Positions 1 to 9,257 of a stretch of 32,000 bases of DNA are shown piece by piece. This stretch comes from Edaphobacter aggregans (lineage in GTDB: Bacteria; Acidobacteriota; Terriglobia; Terriglobales; Acidobacteriaceae). The notes under the pieces are model-generated. The model was given only the letters and a program-made list of their open reading frames with translations. It searched no databases and had not been told where the DNA came from. Made by a program: the position numbers and the translations under genes. How positions within the stretch are numbered: position 1 is the stretch's first letter; the number at the start of each line of letters is the position of its first letter. Where the stretch lies: NCBI RefSeq assembly GCF_003945235.1, contig NZ_RSDW01000001.1, positions 1,800,001-1,832,000 of the forward strand, in the 5' to 3' direction.

Positions 1-458
1 CAGAGTGCGCGCAACAATAGCTTGGCGATAGCTCCTGAGGCCACGCGCGCTGCGCTCTCTCGGGCACTGGCACGCTCGAGAACGTAACGGGCATCCTTGA
101 AGTCGTATTTGAGGCTGCCGGCCAGGTCTGCGTGGCCGGGGCGCGGTGAGGCTACGGCTTTATGTTTGGTTGGATCGCCCTCTTCGACGGGAAGAATTTC
201 GGTCCAATTCTTCCAATCGTTGTTGGCGAGCGTCATGGCAATGGGGGAGCCTATGGTTTTGCCGTGGCGTACGCCGCTGAGGATGTGCGCCGTATCCTTC
301 TCAATGCGCATGCGACCGCCGCGGCCGTAGCCCTTCTGGCGACGCCATAGCTCGCGATCGATGAAATCCTGTTCGACCGGCACTCCGGCCGGCATACCGC
401 TTACCAGGGCGACGAGACTCTCGCCGTGGCTCTCTCCCGCTGTCGAAAATCGAAGCAT
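1..458 (-). CDS. aroC: chorismate synthase, N-terminal ~152 aa (gene continues beyond window start)
   Basis: Hand translation of the minus strand from the ATG at 456-458 gives [82 protein letters not shown]... This is the canonical AroC N-terminus (TAGESHG and [15 protein letters not shown] motifs). It is absent from the ORF track because there is no stop inside the window. A GAGGGGA SD-like sequence lies just upstream. Confidence 0.85.
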   Translation of the reverse strand, partial: MLRFSTAGESHGESLVALVSGMPAGVPVEQDFIDRELWRRQKGYGRGGRMRIEKDTAHILSGVRHGKTIGSPIAMTLANNDWKNWTEILPVEEGDPTKHKAVASPRPGHADLAGSLKYDFKDARYVLERASARESAARVASGAIAKLLLRAL

Positions 459-528
459 TCCCCTCACTCACATCAGCGCGTAAAGCGCATGGTTCCAAAG
501 GAGATTGTAACAACTCGGCGGGGGTGCA

Positions 529-1515
529 CTACTCCTGCTCATCTTTCAGGAAGGCGCGCGAGTCAAGTAATGGGCGTTCCATGCTGCGGACCCACTCGGT
601 CATCTCGCCGGCAGACTTGCCGGAAGCTGCAGCGGAGGCGAACTCGCTGCGCAAGGTCTGCATCTTGGCCTCGAGGTCATCAAGGGCGCTGAGCAGGATG
701 GCCTCGGGCGTCATTGGTAGCTTGGGGGAGCCAAACTCGTACTTGCCGTGGTGCGACAGGATCAGGTGTTCAACGAGCATGGATAGCTTCTCGGGGAAGG
801 GCGCGAGCGACAGCACCTTCTCGTGCAGCATGCGCTGGGCGATGCTGATGTGGCCGATCATCTGGCCCTCGAGGGTGTAACCGAAGCTGGACTTCCAGGA
901 GAGTTCGCGAATTTTGCCAATGTCGTGGAGGATGGCCCCCGTCACCAGAAGATCGGGGTCCACTTCGGGGTAGAAGGGGACGGTGGCGCGACAGACGCGC
1001 ACCAGCGTGAGGACGTGTTCGAGCAGGCCGCCGATCCAAGCGTGGTGGAGACGTTTGGCTGCAGGCGCGGTCTGGTAGGCGGCGGCGATCTGCGGGTCGT
1101 CGAGGAAGGCGAAGACGAGGCGGCGCAGGTCGGGGCTGCTGAACTGCTCGACATATCCGCGCAGTTCGTTCCACATCTCGTTGATATCGAAGCGAGTTAC
1201 TGGAAGATAATCAGTCGGGTCAATTTCGGACTCAGCGGCTGCGCGGAGTTTCTGGATCGTGATCTGGAACTTGCCCTGGTACTTCGAAATTTGTCCCTGG
1301 GCTTTGACGTAGCAGCCTTCGGCGCAGGTGGCGATGGGGTCGGCGACGTCGTCCCACATGCGGCCTTCGAAGGAACCGGTCTTGTCGGTCAGGGTTATCG
1401 CGAGGAACTGGCCTCCCATTTTCTTTTCTCTAACCTGGAAGGAGGACAGGACAAAGTAGGAAGTGATGATCTCGTTGTCGAACTTTGCTGCGTCTGCTAT
1501 GAAGAAGTCTTTCAT
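529..1515 (-). CDS. OB-fold + HD-domain phosphohydrolase, YhaM-like 3'-5' exoribonuclease family
   Basis: 328-aa ORF. The N-terminal OB-fold-like segment reads FLAITLTDKTGSFEGRMWDD...YVKAQGQISKYQGKFQITI. The HD domain has HHAWIGGLLEHVL and LVTGAILHDIGK motifs. Size and order match YhaM-type proteins. Confidence 0.8.
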   Translation of the reverse strand: MKDFFIADAAKFDNEIITSYFVLSSFQVREKKMGGQFLAITLTDKTGSFEGRMWDDVADPIATCAEGCYVKAQGQISKYQGKFQITIQKLRAAAESEIDPTDYLPVTRFDINEMWNELRGYVEQFSSPDLRRLVFAFLDDPQIAAAYQTAPAAKRLHHAWIGGLLEHVLTLVRVCRATVPFYPEVDPDLLVTGAILHDIGKIRELSWKSSFGYTLEGQMIGHISIAQRMLHEKVLSLAPFPEKLSMLVEHLILSHHGKYEFGSPKLPMTPEAILLSALDDLEAKMQTLRSEFASAAASGKSAGEMTEWVRSMERPLLDSRAFLKDEQE

Positions 1516-1636
1516 TGATTTCAGGATACCTTGTCAGAGTTTGCCGGCTCTTCTCTACCCCATCCCCTGACCAAAGTATCCAAAGTATTCATTACATTTG
1601 CTTTAGGTCTGGACTTGTATCGATTGCCTCAATAAG

Positions 1637-1675
1637 GAAAGCCCCGTCTGCTGCTGCGGACTGGGGCTTTCTTTT
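1637..1675 (+). terminator. orphan intrinsic-terminator-like hairpin in a divergent intergenic region
   Basis: GAAAGCCCCGTC (1637-1648) pairs with GACTGGGGCTTTC (1659-1671), about 12 bp with one bulge and a 10-nt loop, followed by TTTT. No + strand ORF ends upstream of it. Confidence 0.35.
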
Positions 1676-1822
1676 GACTCTATGACTAGTTTAGCAGGTT
1701 GGGTTGAATTGATTGGCACTGAGTATCTTATTTGTTTGCAATGGGTTACGGTTTTTTGCAGTTGACAGCCCTGTCCTCAAATATCTTGCCTCAACGTTCG
1801 GGCTCGATATGATTGGGGCACT

Positions 1823-2473
1823 ATGAAAAGCGCCCTTGTCCCTGTCATCGTTCTTCTCTCAGCCTTGCCCGTCGCAGCCCAAATTGCCATGCCAGCCACA
1901 GGGGCGACCCCCTTCAAAGACGCGTCCTCTCTCAAACCGCCTGCGGGTGCAAAGGTTGCCATTGTTGAGTTTGAAGATCTGGAATGCCCGCTCTGCGCGC
2001 AGGTTTCGCCTCTCGTTCGGGATGCGATGAGCCGTTACCATATTCCACGAGTTCATCACGACTTCATCATCCCAGGCCATATGTGGTCGCGTTCCGCCGC
2101 AATTTACGCCCGCTACCTCGAGGACAAAGTAGCTCCTCAGGTGGCCGAGGATTTCCGCCGGGATGTATTTGCCAACCAGCGCATGATCTCAAGCCAAGAT
2201 GACCTGCAGCAATTTGCTCGCAGATGGTTTCAGTCTCATGCTCAGCAGATGCCCTTCGTGATCGATCCATCTGGTCGTTGTGCGGCAGAGGTCGAGGCAG
2301 ACTGCACGCTTGGGATGCGCGTTGGTATCCGCCACACTCCCACAATCCTCGTTGTCACTTCGAAAGAATGGATTGAAGTTACTGATCCAGCTCAGCTTTA
2401 TGCTGCCATTGACCGCGCAGAGTCAGACGCAAGCGCATCAGTTGTCGCTCGGCCAAACATCGGCAGTAGGTGA
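1823..2473 (+). CDS. DsbA-family periplasmic thiol:disulfide oxidoreductase
   Basis: Signal peptide MKSALVPVIVLLSALPVAAQ. CxxC active site in EFEDLECPLCAQ. Late cis-Pro-type motif IRHTPTILVV. 216 aa. Confidence 0.8.
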   Translation: MKSALVPVIVLLSALPVAAQIAMPATGATPFKDASSLKPPAGAKVAIVEFEDLECPLCAQVSPLVRDAMSRYHIPRVHHDFIIPGHMWSRSAAIYARYLEDKVAPQVAEDFRRDVFANQRMISSQDDLQQFARRWFQSHAQQMPFVIDPSGRCAAEVEADCTLGMRVGIRHTPTILVVTSKEWIEVTDPAQLYAAIDRAESDASASVVARPNIGSR

Positions 2474-2525
2474 TGCCTTGAGTGGGTGTCCCCCTTCCGG
2501 AGGTCAGGTTTCAGATAGCAAAAGG

Positions 2526-2558
2526 AATGCCCGGCAGAAGATTTGGCTGCCGGGCATT
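2526..2558. terminator. hairpin between convergent genes (likely bidirectional terminator)
   Basis: AATGCCCGGCAG (2526-2537) pairs perfectly with CTGCCGGGCATT (2547-2558) around a 9-nt loop. T-rich tails on both strands (tcggttt on +, ccttttg on -). It sits between the dsbA-like stop (2473) and the SurA-like stop (2576). Confidence 0.55.
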
Positions 2559-2575
2559 TCGGTTTGGTGTCGGAA

Positions 2576-4531
2576 TTAGTTCTGCGGTGCGGCCGGAGGC
2601 GTCGCCGGCGGGGGAGTTGCGGGAGCGGGTGTGGGTGCTACCGGTGTCGTGCCGGGCGGGGTTGCGCCGAGGGCCGGGTTGACTGTGGGCTCAGGAGCAG
2701 GAGGTGGCGGCGGCGGACTGGTGTCCTTGTTTTGGAGACGCTCCTTGGGAGCACCCTTGACCTTGGCCGGTTTCGTCTTCTTGGCCGTGTCGCCGTTGAG
2801 ACCCAGTGGGGCGGCCTGAGTCTGGGTTGTGGCCTTCTCGTCGGCGGTTATCGGAGGCGGCGCGGCTGCAATCTTCTCCTTGGCTTTGGCTGCCTTGGTG
2901 GCTTCCTTAGTGGCGGCCTCGGTCGCGATGCGGTCGGTATAGCGGGTCTTTTTGCCTGCGACAACCTTAGGGGCTAGTGGATCGTCTGCGGAGCTGGCCA
3001 CTTGCGAGGTGCCCTCCGGCTGGGCCATGGCTTTGCCTGGGGCTTCGTTGCCCTGAGCCATCACACCGCCGGGGGTTATTGCTGCGGAAGCAGCGCCCTG
3101 GCCGACGTCGGTTCCCGTAGTTGCGGTCTCCTGCGAGCCTGCCGGGAGCGCGTTACGCGGGGCCTGCCCGTAACGGACTTTCTCTTTTTTGATCTTCTTT
3201 GGCTTGGCAGGAACTGCCTTGCCGGTCGTTGCAACTGCAGTGGTAGCGGTAGGTGTGGCCGCCGACGCTGTCGAGGTGACCGCAGAGACGGGAGTCGCTA
3301 CTGGCGGCTTGGCCGAGGCTTTCGCAGTGGAGCGGGTGCGCTCGAAGCGTTGCTTCTGCTGCTCCTCCTTCTTCTTCTTCTTGGGGACAGGAGCGGCATA
3401 AGCCGTGAAGACAGGCTTGGTCTGCTTGGCGCTGGCACCGGTGTCGACGAAGCCGGGCTTGATATCGATATAGGCGTCTTCGCGAAGCTTAGTCAGGTAG
3501 GTGCGAAGAGCGGGCTGCATCGCCTGGGAGTACATCGCGTCCTGAATCTGTGGCTCAACATCCTTGAGCGCAGGGACGCCGGCCGCCTGATGGTCGGTGA
3601 CCTTGAGGATCACGAAACCCTGGCGGGTGCGGATGGGCGAAGTTGCTTCACCGGCCTTGAGGCCGAAGGTCTGGTCTTCGAGGACCTTCGCGAGAGCGCC
3701 GCGCTTGAACTGGCCGAGGTCTCCGCCTTGCTCGGCAGTGGGTCCACCGGAGTAGGCCTTGGCAAGGTCGTCGAATTTGCCGCCAGCCTTAACCTTCGCA
3801 GCGATGTCATCGGCCTTGGCCTGAGCCTGGGCGATGGCTGCTTCGTTGGCGTCGGCAGGAAGGGGAACAAGAATCTCGCTGAGACGGACCTGTTCGGGCT
3901 GGGCAAACTCCTGCTTGTGGGCCTCGTAGAAGGCCTGTTCCTGAGCCTGGGTCAACTGCAGGTGGCGGCCTACCTCGTCGCGGACGACCTGCTGGGTGAT
4001 GACACCGTTCTTGATGTTGGCCTTGAAGTCCTCAAAGGAGACGCCCTGCTGACGGGCCGCCTTCTCGAGATCTTCCATGGAATCAAGGTGGTTCTGCTTG
4101 CGGATTTCGTCGAGGCGGCGAATGACCTCGGCGTCGGCGTTGAGACCGAGTTCCTTGCCGCGTGAGAGCAGGAGTTGCTGGTCGATCATGTCGCGGAGCA
4201 TGTTTTTCTGGCGATCTTCGGCCTCAGCGGGGCTGGCTCCGGTCTGCTGGAGTTCACTGGCGAGCTGTTGCTGGCTGCGCTCGAGGTCGCTCCGGCTGAT
4301 GATCTGGTCGTTAACGCGGACGATCACGTCCTCGACCACCGCACCATTGGGGGTGATGGCCTCAGGGGTGGGCAAAACCTGTGGCTGCGGCGTGGCTGGA
4401 ACACTCAACGGGCTCTGATACCGCGGGGCCTGGGCCTGCACCGATCCGGGCAGCGCGAGCAGGCTGAGCCCGCATAGTGCCGCAAACTGCGAAATTCTAA
4501 AGGTCATCGTCACTCGTATTGTTTTCAGCAT
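2576..4531 (-). CDS. SurA-like periplasmic chaperone / parvulin-type peptidyl-prolyl isomerase with ~260-aa low-complexity C-terminal tail
   Basis: Signal peptide ...LSLLALPGSVQAQA. SurA N-domain-like segment INDQIISRSDLERSQQQL. PpiC/parvulin motif GGDLGQFKRGALAKVLEDQTFGLKAGEATSPIRTRQGFVILKV. This is followed by a KKKKKEEQQKQ and Ala/Pro/Thr/Lys-rich tail ending PPPPPPAPEP...PPAAPQN. The start could instead be the Met at 4507. Confidence 0.8.
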   Translation of the reverse strand: MLKTIRVTMTFRISQFAALCGLSLLALPGSVQAQAPRYQSPLSVPATPQPQVLPTPEAITPNGAVVEDVIVRVNDQIISRSDLERSQQQLASELQQTGASPAEAEDRQKNMLRDMIDQQLLLSRGKELGLNADAEVIRRLDEIRKQNHLDSMEDLEKAARQQGVSFEDFKANIKNGVITQQVVRDEVGRHLQLTQAQEQAFYEAHKQEFAQPEQVRLSEILVPLPADANEAAIAQAQAKADDIAAKVKAGGKFDDLAKAYSGGPTAEQGGDLGQFKRGALAKVLEDQTFGLKAGEATSPIRTRQGFVILKVTDHQAAGVPALKDVEPQIQDAMYSQAMQPALRTYLTKLREDAYIDIKPGFVDTGASAKQTKPVFTAYAAPVPKKKKKEEQQKQRFERTRSTAKASAKPPVATPVSAVTSTASAATPTATTAVATTGKAVPAKPKKIKKEKVRYGQAPRNALPAGSQETATTGTDVGQGAASAAITPGGVMAQGNEAPGKAMAQPEGTSQVASSADDPLAPKVVAGKKTRYTDRIATEAATKEATKAAKAKEKIAAAPPPITADEKATTQTQAAPLGLNGDTAKKTKPAKVKGAPKERLQNKDTSPPPPPPAPEPTVNPALGATPPGTTPVAPTPAPATPPPATPPAAPQN

Positions 4532-4769
4532 CCGCGATTCAGAATCGATCGCCTGGAGCGTTTGCCTACCCCTTTTTGACTCCGGGAGATGGCGAACGGT
4601 ATCCGTTCACCATTCTAACCGCGTCGGACCGAACAAGCGAATCACCTTTCCGTCCGCGACTTCGCTTACCTGCCGATGCTATACTCCGTCCAAAGAGAGG
4701 ACCCATCCCTGGGATGGGCGCGCGGGAGTTTACGCGTTCTTTTGCCCCTTTTTCGAGGTTATACAGCCT

Positions 4770-6392
4770 ATGGCTCCCCGCACCCGCCGCGCCCTTTTCT
4801 CCGCTACCGTTTTTCTTGCCACCTGCGCCGTGGCTGGCTCATTCATCAACCAGCGTGTGGCAGCCCAGTCGGCCACCGATGAGTCGACGCTGCGCGACAG
4901 CCTGCACCAGTTTACGGATGTCTACTCGCTGGTGGAACAGAACTACGCCGAGAAGCTGAATTCGGACAAGACCGACAAGGCTATCTACGATGGAGCTATT
5001 CCGGGCATGCTGCATGTGCTGGATCCGCACTCGAATTTTTACGACCCGAAGGCCTATGCGCAGATGCGTGAGGACCAGCACGGCAAGTACTACGGCGTAG
5101 GCATGACGATCCAGCCGCAGCCTGATGCGACGGCCAAGGGCGGCACCAAAATCGTCGTGCTGTATCCGTTCGAAGGAACTCCTTCTTATAAGGCTGGCGT
5201 TCATCCGGGCGATGTGATTCTGTCGATCGACGGCAAGACCACGGAAGGTCTGGACTCGGCTGCCGTGGCTTCGATGTTGAAGGGGCCCAAGGGAACGCAT
5301 GTTTCGGTGACGATGAGCCGCGAGGGCGCGCCCAAGCTGCTGGTATTCGACCTGATCCGCGATGAGATCCCGCGCAACTCGGTCGATCTGGCGTTCATGA
5401 TTCGTCCCGGCATCGGGTATATCCACGTCACGAACTTTATGGAGACGACGAGCCGCGAGGTTGGCGATGCGTTGGACAAGTTCGGCGACATCAATGGCCT
5501 TGTAATCGATCTGCGGGGCAATCCGGGCGGACTGCTGAATGAAGCGGTCAACATGTCTGACAAGTTCCTGCAGAAGGGCCAGATTGTGGTCTCGCAACGT
5601 GGACGTGCCTTCCCGGATCAGGTGTATCGTGCGGCGCATGGGTCGGACACGAAGTATCCCATTGTGGTGCTGGTCAATCGGAATACGGCTTCGGCGGCTG
5701 AGATCGTATCGGGCGCATTGCAGGATCATGATCGCGCTCTGATTGTTGGTGAGACCACGTTCGGTAAGGGTCTGGTGCAGACGGTCTTCCAGATCACTGA
5801 GAATACGGGTCTGGCGCTGACGACGTATCACTATTACACGCCTTCTGGTCGTCTGATTCAGCGTAACTACAACAACGTTTCGCTGTACGACTACTACTAT
5901 GTGCGCGACTCGTCGACCCAGCCCAAAGACAAGTCAAACCTTGAGGTGAAGCTGACGGACTCGGGCCGCACGGTCTATGGTGGTGGCGGCATTACGCCGG
6001 ACGAGAAGATCGAGAACCCGAAGACGACCCGCTTCCAGGACTCGATGCTGCTGCATTATGCGTTCTTCAACTTCAGCAAGCACTACCTCGCTACGCACAC
6101 GGTCTCGAAGGACTTTGTGGTGGACGACAACGTGATGCAGCAGTTCAAGGACTTCCTGAAGTCGCAGAACCCTCCCATCGAGTACACCGACGCGGATATG
6201 GCCGACAAGCTGGACTGGGTGAAGGAGAGCATTAAGAGCGAGTTGTTCACGTCGCAGTTTGGACAACTTGAGGGCTTGAAGGTCCGGGCTATGTGGGATC
6301 CACAGATCGCCAAGGCCATTACGTTCCTGCCTGAGGCTCAGGCTCTTGAGGACCACTCGAAGGATCAGAAGACCACTACTGCCAGCCGCTAA
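4770..6392 (+). CDS. S41 family carboxy-terminal processing protease (Ctp/Prc-like) with PDZ domain
   Basis: Signal peptide. PDZ-like segment PGDVILSIDGKTTEGL. Motifs LVIDLRGNPGGLL, catalytic Ser context NRNTASAAEIVSGAL, and Lys context ETTFGKGLVQ. Confidence 0.85.
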   Translation: MAPRTRRALFSATVFLATCAVAGSFINQRVAAQSATDESTLRDSLHQFTDVYSLVEQNYAEKLNSDKTDKAIYDGAIPGMLHVLDPHSNFYDPKAYAQMREDQHGKYYGVGMTIQPQPDATAKGGTKIVVLYPFEGTPSYKAGVHPGDVILSIDGKTTEGLDSAAVASMLKGPKGTHVSVTMSREGAPKLLVFDLIRDEIPRNSVDLAFMIRPGIGYIHVTNFMETTSREVGDALDKFGDINGLVIDLRGNPGGLLNEAVNMSDKFLQKGQIVVSQRGRAFPDQVYRAAHGSDTKYPIVVLVNRNTASAAEIVSGALQDHDRALIVGETTFGKGLVQTVFQITENTGLALTTYHYYTPSGRLIQRNYNNVSLYDYYYVRDSSTQPKDKSNLEVKLTDSGRTVYGGGGITPDEKIENPKTTRFQDSMLLHYAFFNFSKHYLATHTVSKDFVVDDNVMQQFKDFLKSQNPPIEYTDADMADKLDWVKESIKSELFTSQFGQLEGLKVRAMWDPQIAKAITFLPEAQALEDHSKDQKTTTASR

Positions 6393-6412
6393 TTTCAGGC
6401 TGCGAGATGAAA

Positions 6413-6448
6413 GAACGCCCGCGATTTACACCGCGGGCGTTCTTTTTT
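6413..6448 (+). terminator. rho-independent terminator downstream of the protease gene
   Basis: Perfect 11-bp stem GAACGCCCGCG (6413-6423) / CGCGGGCGTTC (6432-6442), 8-nt loop, then TTTTTT (6443-6448), 21 nt after the stop at 6392. Confidence 0.8.
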
Positions 6449-6497
6449 GTGGGCTGAATACTGATGATCTCGATACGCTGCGTGGGCAAAAAAATGA

Positions 6498-6572
6498 TGG
6501 AGCGGGAGACCGGGATCGAACCGGCGACATTCAGCTTGGGAAGCTGACGTTCTGCCACTGAACTACTCCCGC
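6498..6572 (-). tRNA. tRNA-Gly (anticodon CCC), CCA encoded
   Basis: The reverse complement GCGGGAGTAGTTCAGTGGCAGAACGTCAGCTTCCCAAGCTGAATGTCGCCGGTTCGATCCCGGTCTCCCGCTCCA folds as a cloverleaf. The 7-bp acceptor is GCGGGAG/CTCCCGC, the anticodon stem TCAGC/GCTGA has loop TTCCCAA, and the T arm is GCCGG-TTCGATC-CCGGT. Length 75 nt. Confidence 0.92.
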
Positions 6573-6822
6573 TTAGCGCGTCTAACGGCAATTATATACG
6601 CACGCCGCAAGCGGTTTAGGCGAACGTGTGGTGGGCATGTGGAATTTAGTCGCGGCACGCTAGGCTACGCATGGGAGACAGTAGCAACGCGACTTTTTAG
6701 ACTGCTAACTGCTGGAGACAAGCATCTGACAGTACAATTCTCTTGAATCTCTTCGTTGGTCGAGCGCTGTCTACGATGCCGCGAAATGCTGCAACCTAGT
6801 AGGTGGGTCTTCGGAGTGAACC

Positions 6823-9168
6823 ATGACGGCATCACGGCATGCGCAATGGCTTCATGCGAGAGAACTGCTGGTCCTCCTGCTTGGCTATGCGTTGCCCGCA
6901 ATGGGCCAGGTCAACACCGGTGAGATTCGCCTGAAGGTCACTGATCCGGCTGGGCTCGGTCTCAAGGCTTCGGTTGAAATCGTCAGCAAAGGCAACCAAT
7001 ACAATTACGACTTCGCCACCGATAGTGAAGGCGCCATTCGCATCCAGACGCTGCCCTATGGGATTTATCGCCTAACCGTGCAGAGGCAAGGCTTCGCCGA
7101 TCTTACAAAGACTGTGGAGGTCCGCTCGGCGATCCCGGTGGGCTACGACCTGGCGCTCGGGGTTGCCCCGTTGAACACCGTCGTTAAGGTGAACACCAGT
7201 GACGGACTCCTCGATCCTTATCGAGCCTCATCGATATCGCAGATCGGCTCGCAACAGATTCAGGATCGGGTCGCCTCTCTTCCGGGCAGATCAATACAGG
7301 ATCTGGTGAACTTGCAGCCAGGGTGGCTCTATGAAGGAAACGCGGTACTGCACCCACGCGGTTCGGAGTACCAGACACAGTTTGTCGTCGACGGCGTTCC
7401 GCTGACCGACAATCGCTCGCCAAGCTTTGGCCCTGAGATCGAAGCTGACGATCTCGATTCGATGAGTGTCTACACCGCTGGCTTTCCAGCCGAGTACGGT
7501 AGAAAGATGGGCGGCGTTATCGAGCTCAACACAGCGAGAACGAGCGATCCCGGCCTCCACGGAAAGCTCATTCTCTCCGGAGGAAGTTACGACACAGCAG
7601 ATGGCTTCGCGCAGATACAAAACAACTGGGGGAAGAATGTGCTGGGCGCGACTGCATCGGGTAGCATGACGAGTCATTATCTCAACCCCGTTGTCCCGGA
7701 AAATTTCACCAACAAAGGCACCACGGGTGACTTCTCCGTGCGCTATGCACGCCAGTTGACGCAAAACGACTACCTCACGATGAGCGTGCGTCATGAGCTC
7801 GCCCGCTATGAAATCCCCAATGAACTGCTGCAGCAAGAAGCCGGGCAATTGCAGAATCGCGACAATATCGAGACGATGGGTTCAGTCAGTTATCAGCACC
7901 TCTTCTCGGCTGATATGGTTGGCAACTTCTCCGGCATGGTAAGGGACAATGCCAACAATCTCTACTCGAACGGCCAATCGACGCCGATCATCGCGTTCCA
8001 GAACAACAGTTTTCGCGAGGGCTACTTCAAAGGCACAATCTCGATCCATCACAAGAACCAGGAGTGGAAGGCTGGTATTGAATCAGATGCGACTTTTCTG
8101 CACGAGCGGTTTAATTACGACATTACCGATCCGGATCAGTTCGACGATGACACCCCACAGACATTTTCCTTCGCACAGAGCAAACCAGACCTTGAGCAAT
8201 CGGCGTTCGTCGAAAATCTTATTCGCCTGGACAAATGGACCGTCAGCGCTGGGCTTCGCTGGGACCACTATCAGCTCCTGCTGAACAAAAACGCATTCAG
8301 CCCGCGGCTCTCCGTCTCGCGGTTCTTTCCCGCGGCGAACATGGTCCTGCACGCATCGTACGATCGTGTCTTCCAGACGCCATCGAGCGAAAACATCCTC
8401 CTTTCGAGCTCTTCCCTGATCGGGCAACTCAGCCCTGAAGTTTTGCGCCTTCCGGTACAGCCGTCGATGGGTAACTACTTTGAGGGCGGCATGTCCAAGA
8501 CCGTCGCCAACAGCTTACGACTCGACGTGAATATCTTCCGCCGCAACTTCGACAACTACGCCGACGATGATCAATTGTTGAACACCGGCGTCAGCTATCC
8601 CATCTCTTTTGATAAAGGCATCCTCTACGGAGCGGAAGGCAAGCTTGAACTTGTACACCTTGGCAAGCTGACAGGCTTCGCCAGCTATTCCTACATCGTC
8701 GGCAACGTGTGGTTGCCCGTCACCGGGGGATTGTTTCTCGGCGATGATGTGGCAGCTGCACTCGCACAGACCGCCGGACACTTCCCCGATTCGCAGGACC
8801 AGCGCAACACGGTGCGGACGCGCTTTCAATATCAGTTAATGCCTCGCATCTGGTTCGCCGGCGGTCTCTCCTACGGTTCGGGCCTGCCTTTTGAATTTCA
8901 GGGCACCGAGGAAGATGCTCTGGAGCAGTACGGGCCGCAGGTTATTAGCCGCCTGAACTTCGACCGCGGCCGGGTCTTGCCCTCACTCGCGGTGAATGCC
9001 TCTCTTGGAGTCGACCTGTATACGAGTGAACGAGTCAACGTACGCTTTCAGGCAGATGGAGACAATCTCAACAACCGCCTGAACGTTATCGACTTTGGCG
9101 GACTCTTCTCCGGCAATGCAATCGGCCCGGCACGCAGCGGCTTCTTCCGCCTCAAAACGAGCTTCTAA
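6823..9168 (+). CDS. TonB-dependent outer-membrane receptor with N-terminal carboxypeptidase-regulatory-like domain
   Basis: Signal peptide. CarboxypepD_reg-like segment GEIRLKVTDPAGLGLKASVEIVS...YGIYRLTVQRQGF. Plug-like segment SLPGRSIQDLVNLQPGW...HPRGSEYQTQFVVDGVPL. Long beta-barrel ending in the OMP beta-signal FFRLKTSF. Confidence 0.85.
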   Translation: MTASRHAQWLHARELLVLLLGYALPAMGQVNTGEIRLKVTDPAGLGLKASVEIVSKGNQYNYDFATDSEGAIRIQTLPYGIYRLTVQRQGFADLTKTVEVRSAIPVGYDLALGVAPLNTVVKVNTSDGLLDPYRASSISQIGSQQIQDRVASLPGRSIQDLVNLQPGWLYEGNAVLHPRGSEYQTQFVVDGVPLTDNRSPSFGPEIEADDLDSMSVYTAGFPAEYGRKMGGVIELNTARTSDPGLHGKLILSGGSYDTADGFAQIQNNWGKNVLGATASGSMTSHYLNPVVPENFTNKGTTGDFSVRYARQLTQNDYLTMSVRHELARYEIPNELLQQEAGQLQNRDNIETMGSVSYQHLFSADMVGNFSGMVRDNANNLYSNGQSTPIIAFQNNSFREGYFKGTISIHHKNQEWKAGIESDATFLHERFNYDITDPDQFDDDTPQTFSFAQSKPDLEQSAFVENLIRLDKWTVSAGLRWDHYQLLLNKNAFSPRLSVSRFFPAANMVLHASYDRVFQTPSSENILLSSSSLIGQLSPEVLRLPVQPSMGNYFEGGMSKTVANSLRLDVNIFRRNFDNYADDDQLLNTGVSYPISFDKGILYGAEGKLELVHLGKLTGFASYSYIVGNVWLPVTGGLFLGDDVAAALAQTAGHFPDSQDQRNTVRTRFQYQLMPRIWFAGGLSYGSGLPFEFQGTEEDALEQYGPQVISRLNFDRGRVLPSLAVNASLGVDLYTSERVNVRFQADGDNLNNRLNVIDFGGLFSGNAIGPARSGFFRLKTSF

Positions 9169-9257
9169 CTACCTTGCGATGAGATTGTAAGGATGTACGG
9201 CGGGATGTTGTCGACAGATGACCCACCCGGCCATCGTCTTTACTCGACGACCTCTCG

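Noticed and set aside
770-1518. Long ORFs (134 aa on the - strand, 231 aa on the + strand) overlapping the YhaM-like gene
   Set aside because: These are alternative-frame or antisense shadow ORFs typical of GC-rich coding DNA. Their products are Arg/Pro/Gly/Ala-rich with no motifs. The 529-1515 frame has clear OB/HD motifs.
3002-4165. 387-aa + strand ORF antisense to the SurA-like gene, plus other ORFs at 2543-2977 and 4077-4477
   Set aside because: The products are low-complexity Leu/Gly/Arg-rich sequences (LLLLLLLLLL runs) that mirror the Lys/Glu/Ala-rich sense strand. There is no start context or motifs.
4839-5831. 330-aa - strand ORF inside the S41 protease gene
   Set aside because: It is an antisense shadow ORF, Arg/Leu/His-rich. 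The + frame carries unambiguous PDZ and S41 motifs.
6600-6822. A ~220-nt leader upstream of the TonB-dependent receptor that might hold a cobalamin or TPP riboswitch
   Set aside because: I could not find a B12 box or the conserved TPP (CUGAGA…ACCUGAUCUGGAUAAUGCCAGCG-like) elements by eye. An Rfam scan would be needed.
7291-8829. Several 100-185-aa ORFs on both strands within the TonB-dependent receptor gene
   Set aside because: They are shadow ORFs. The receptor frame is continuous and ends in a canonical beta-signal.
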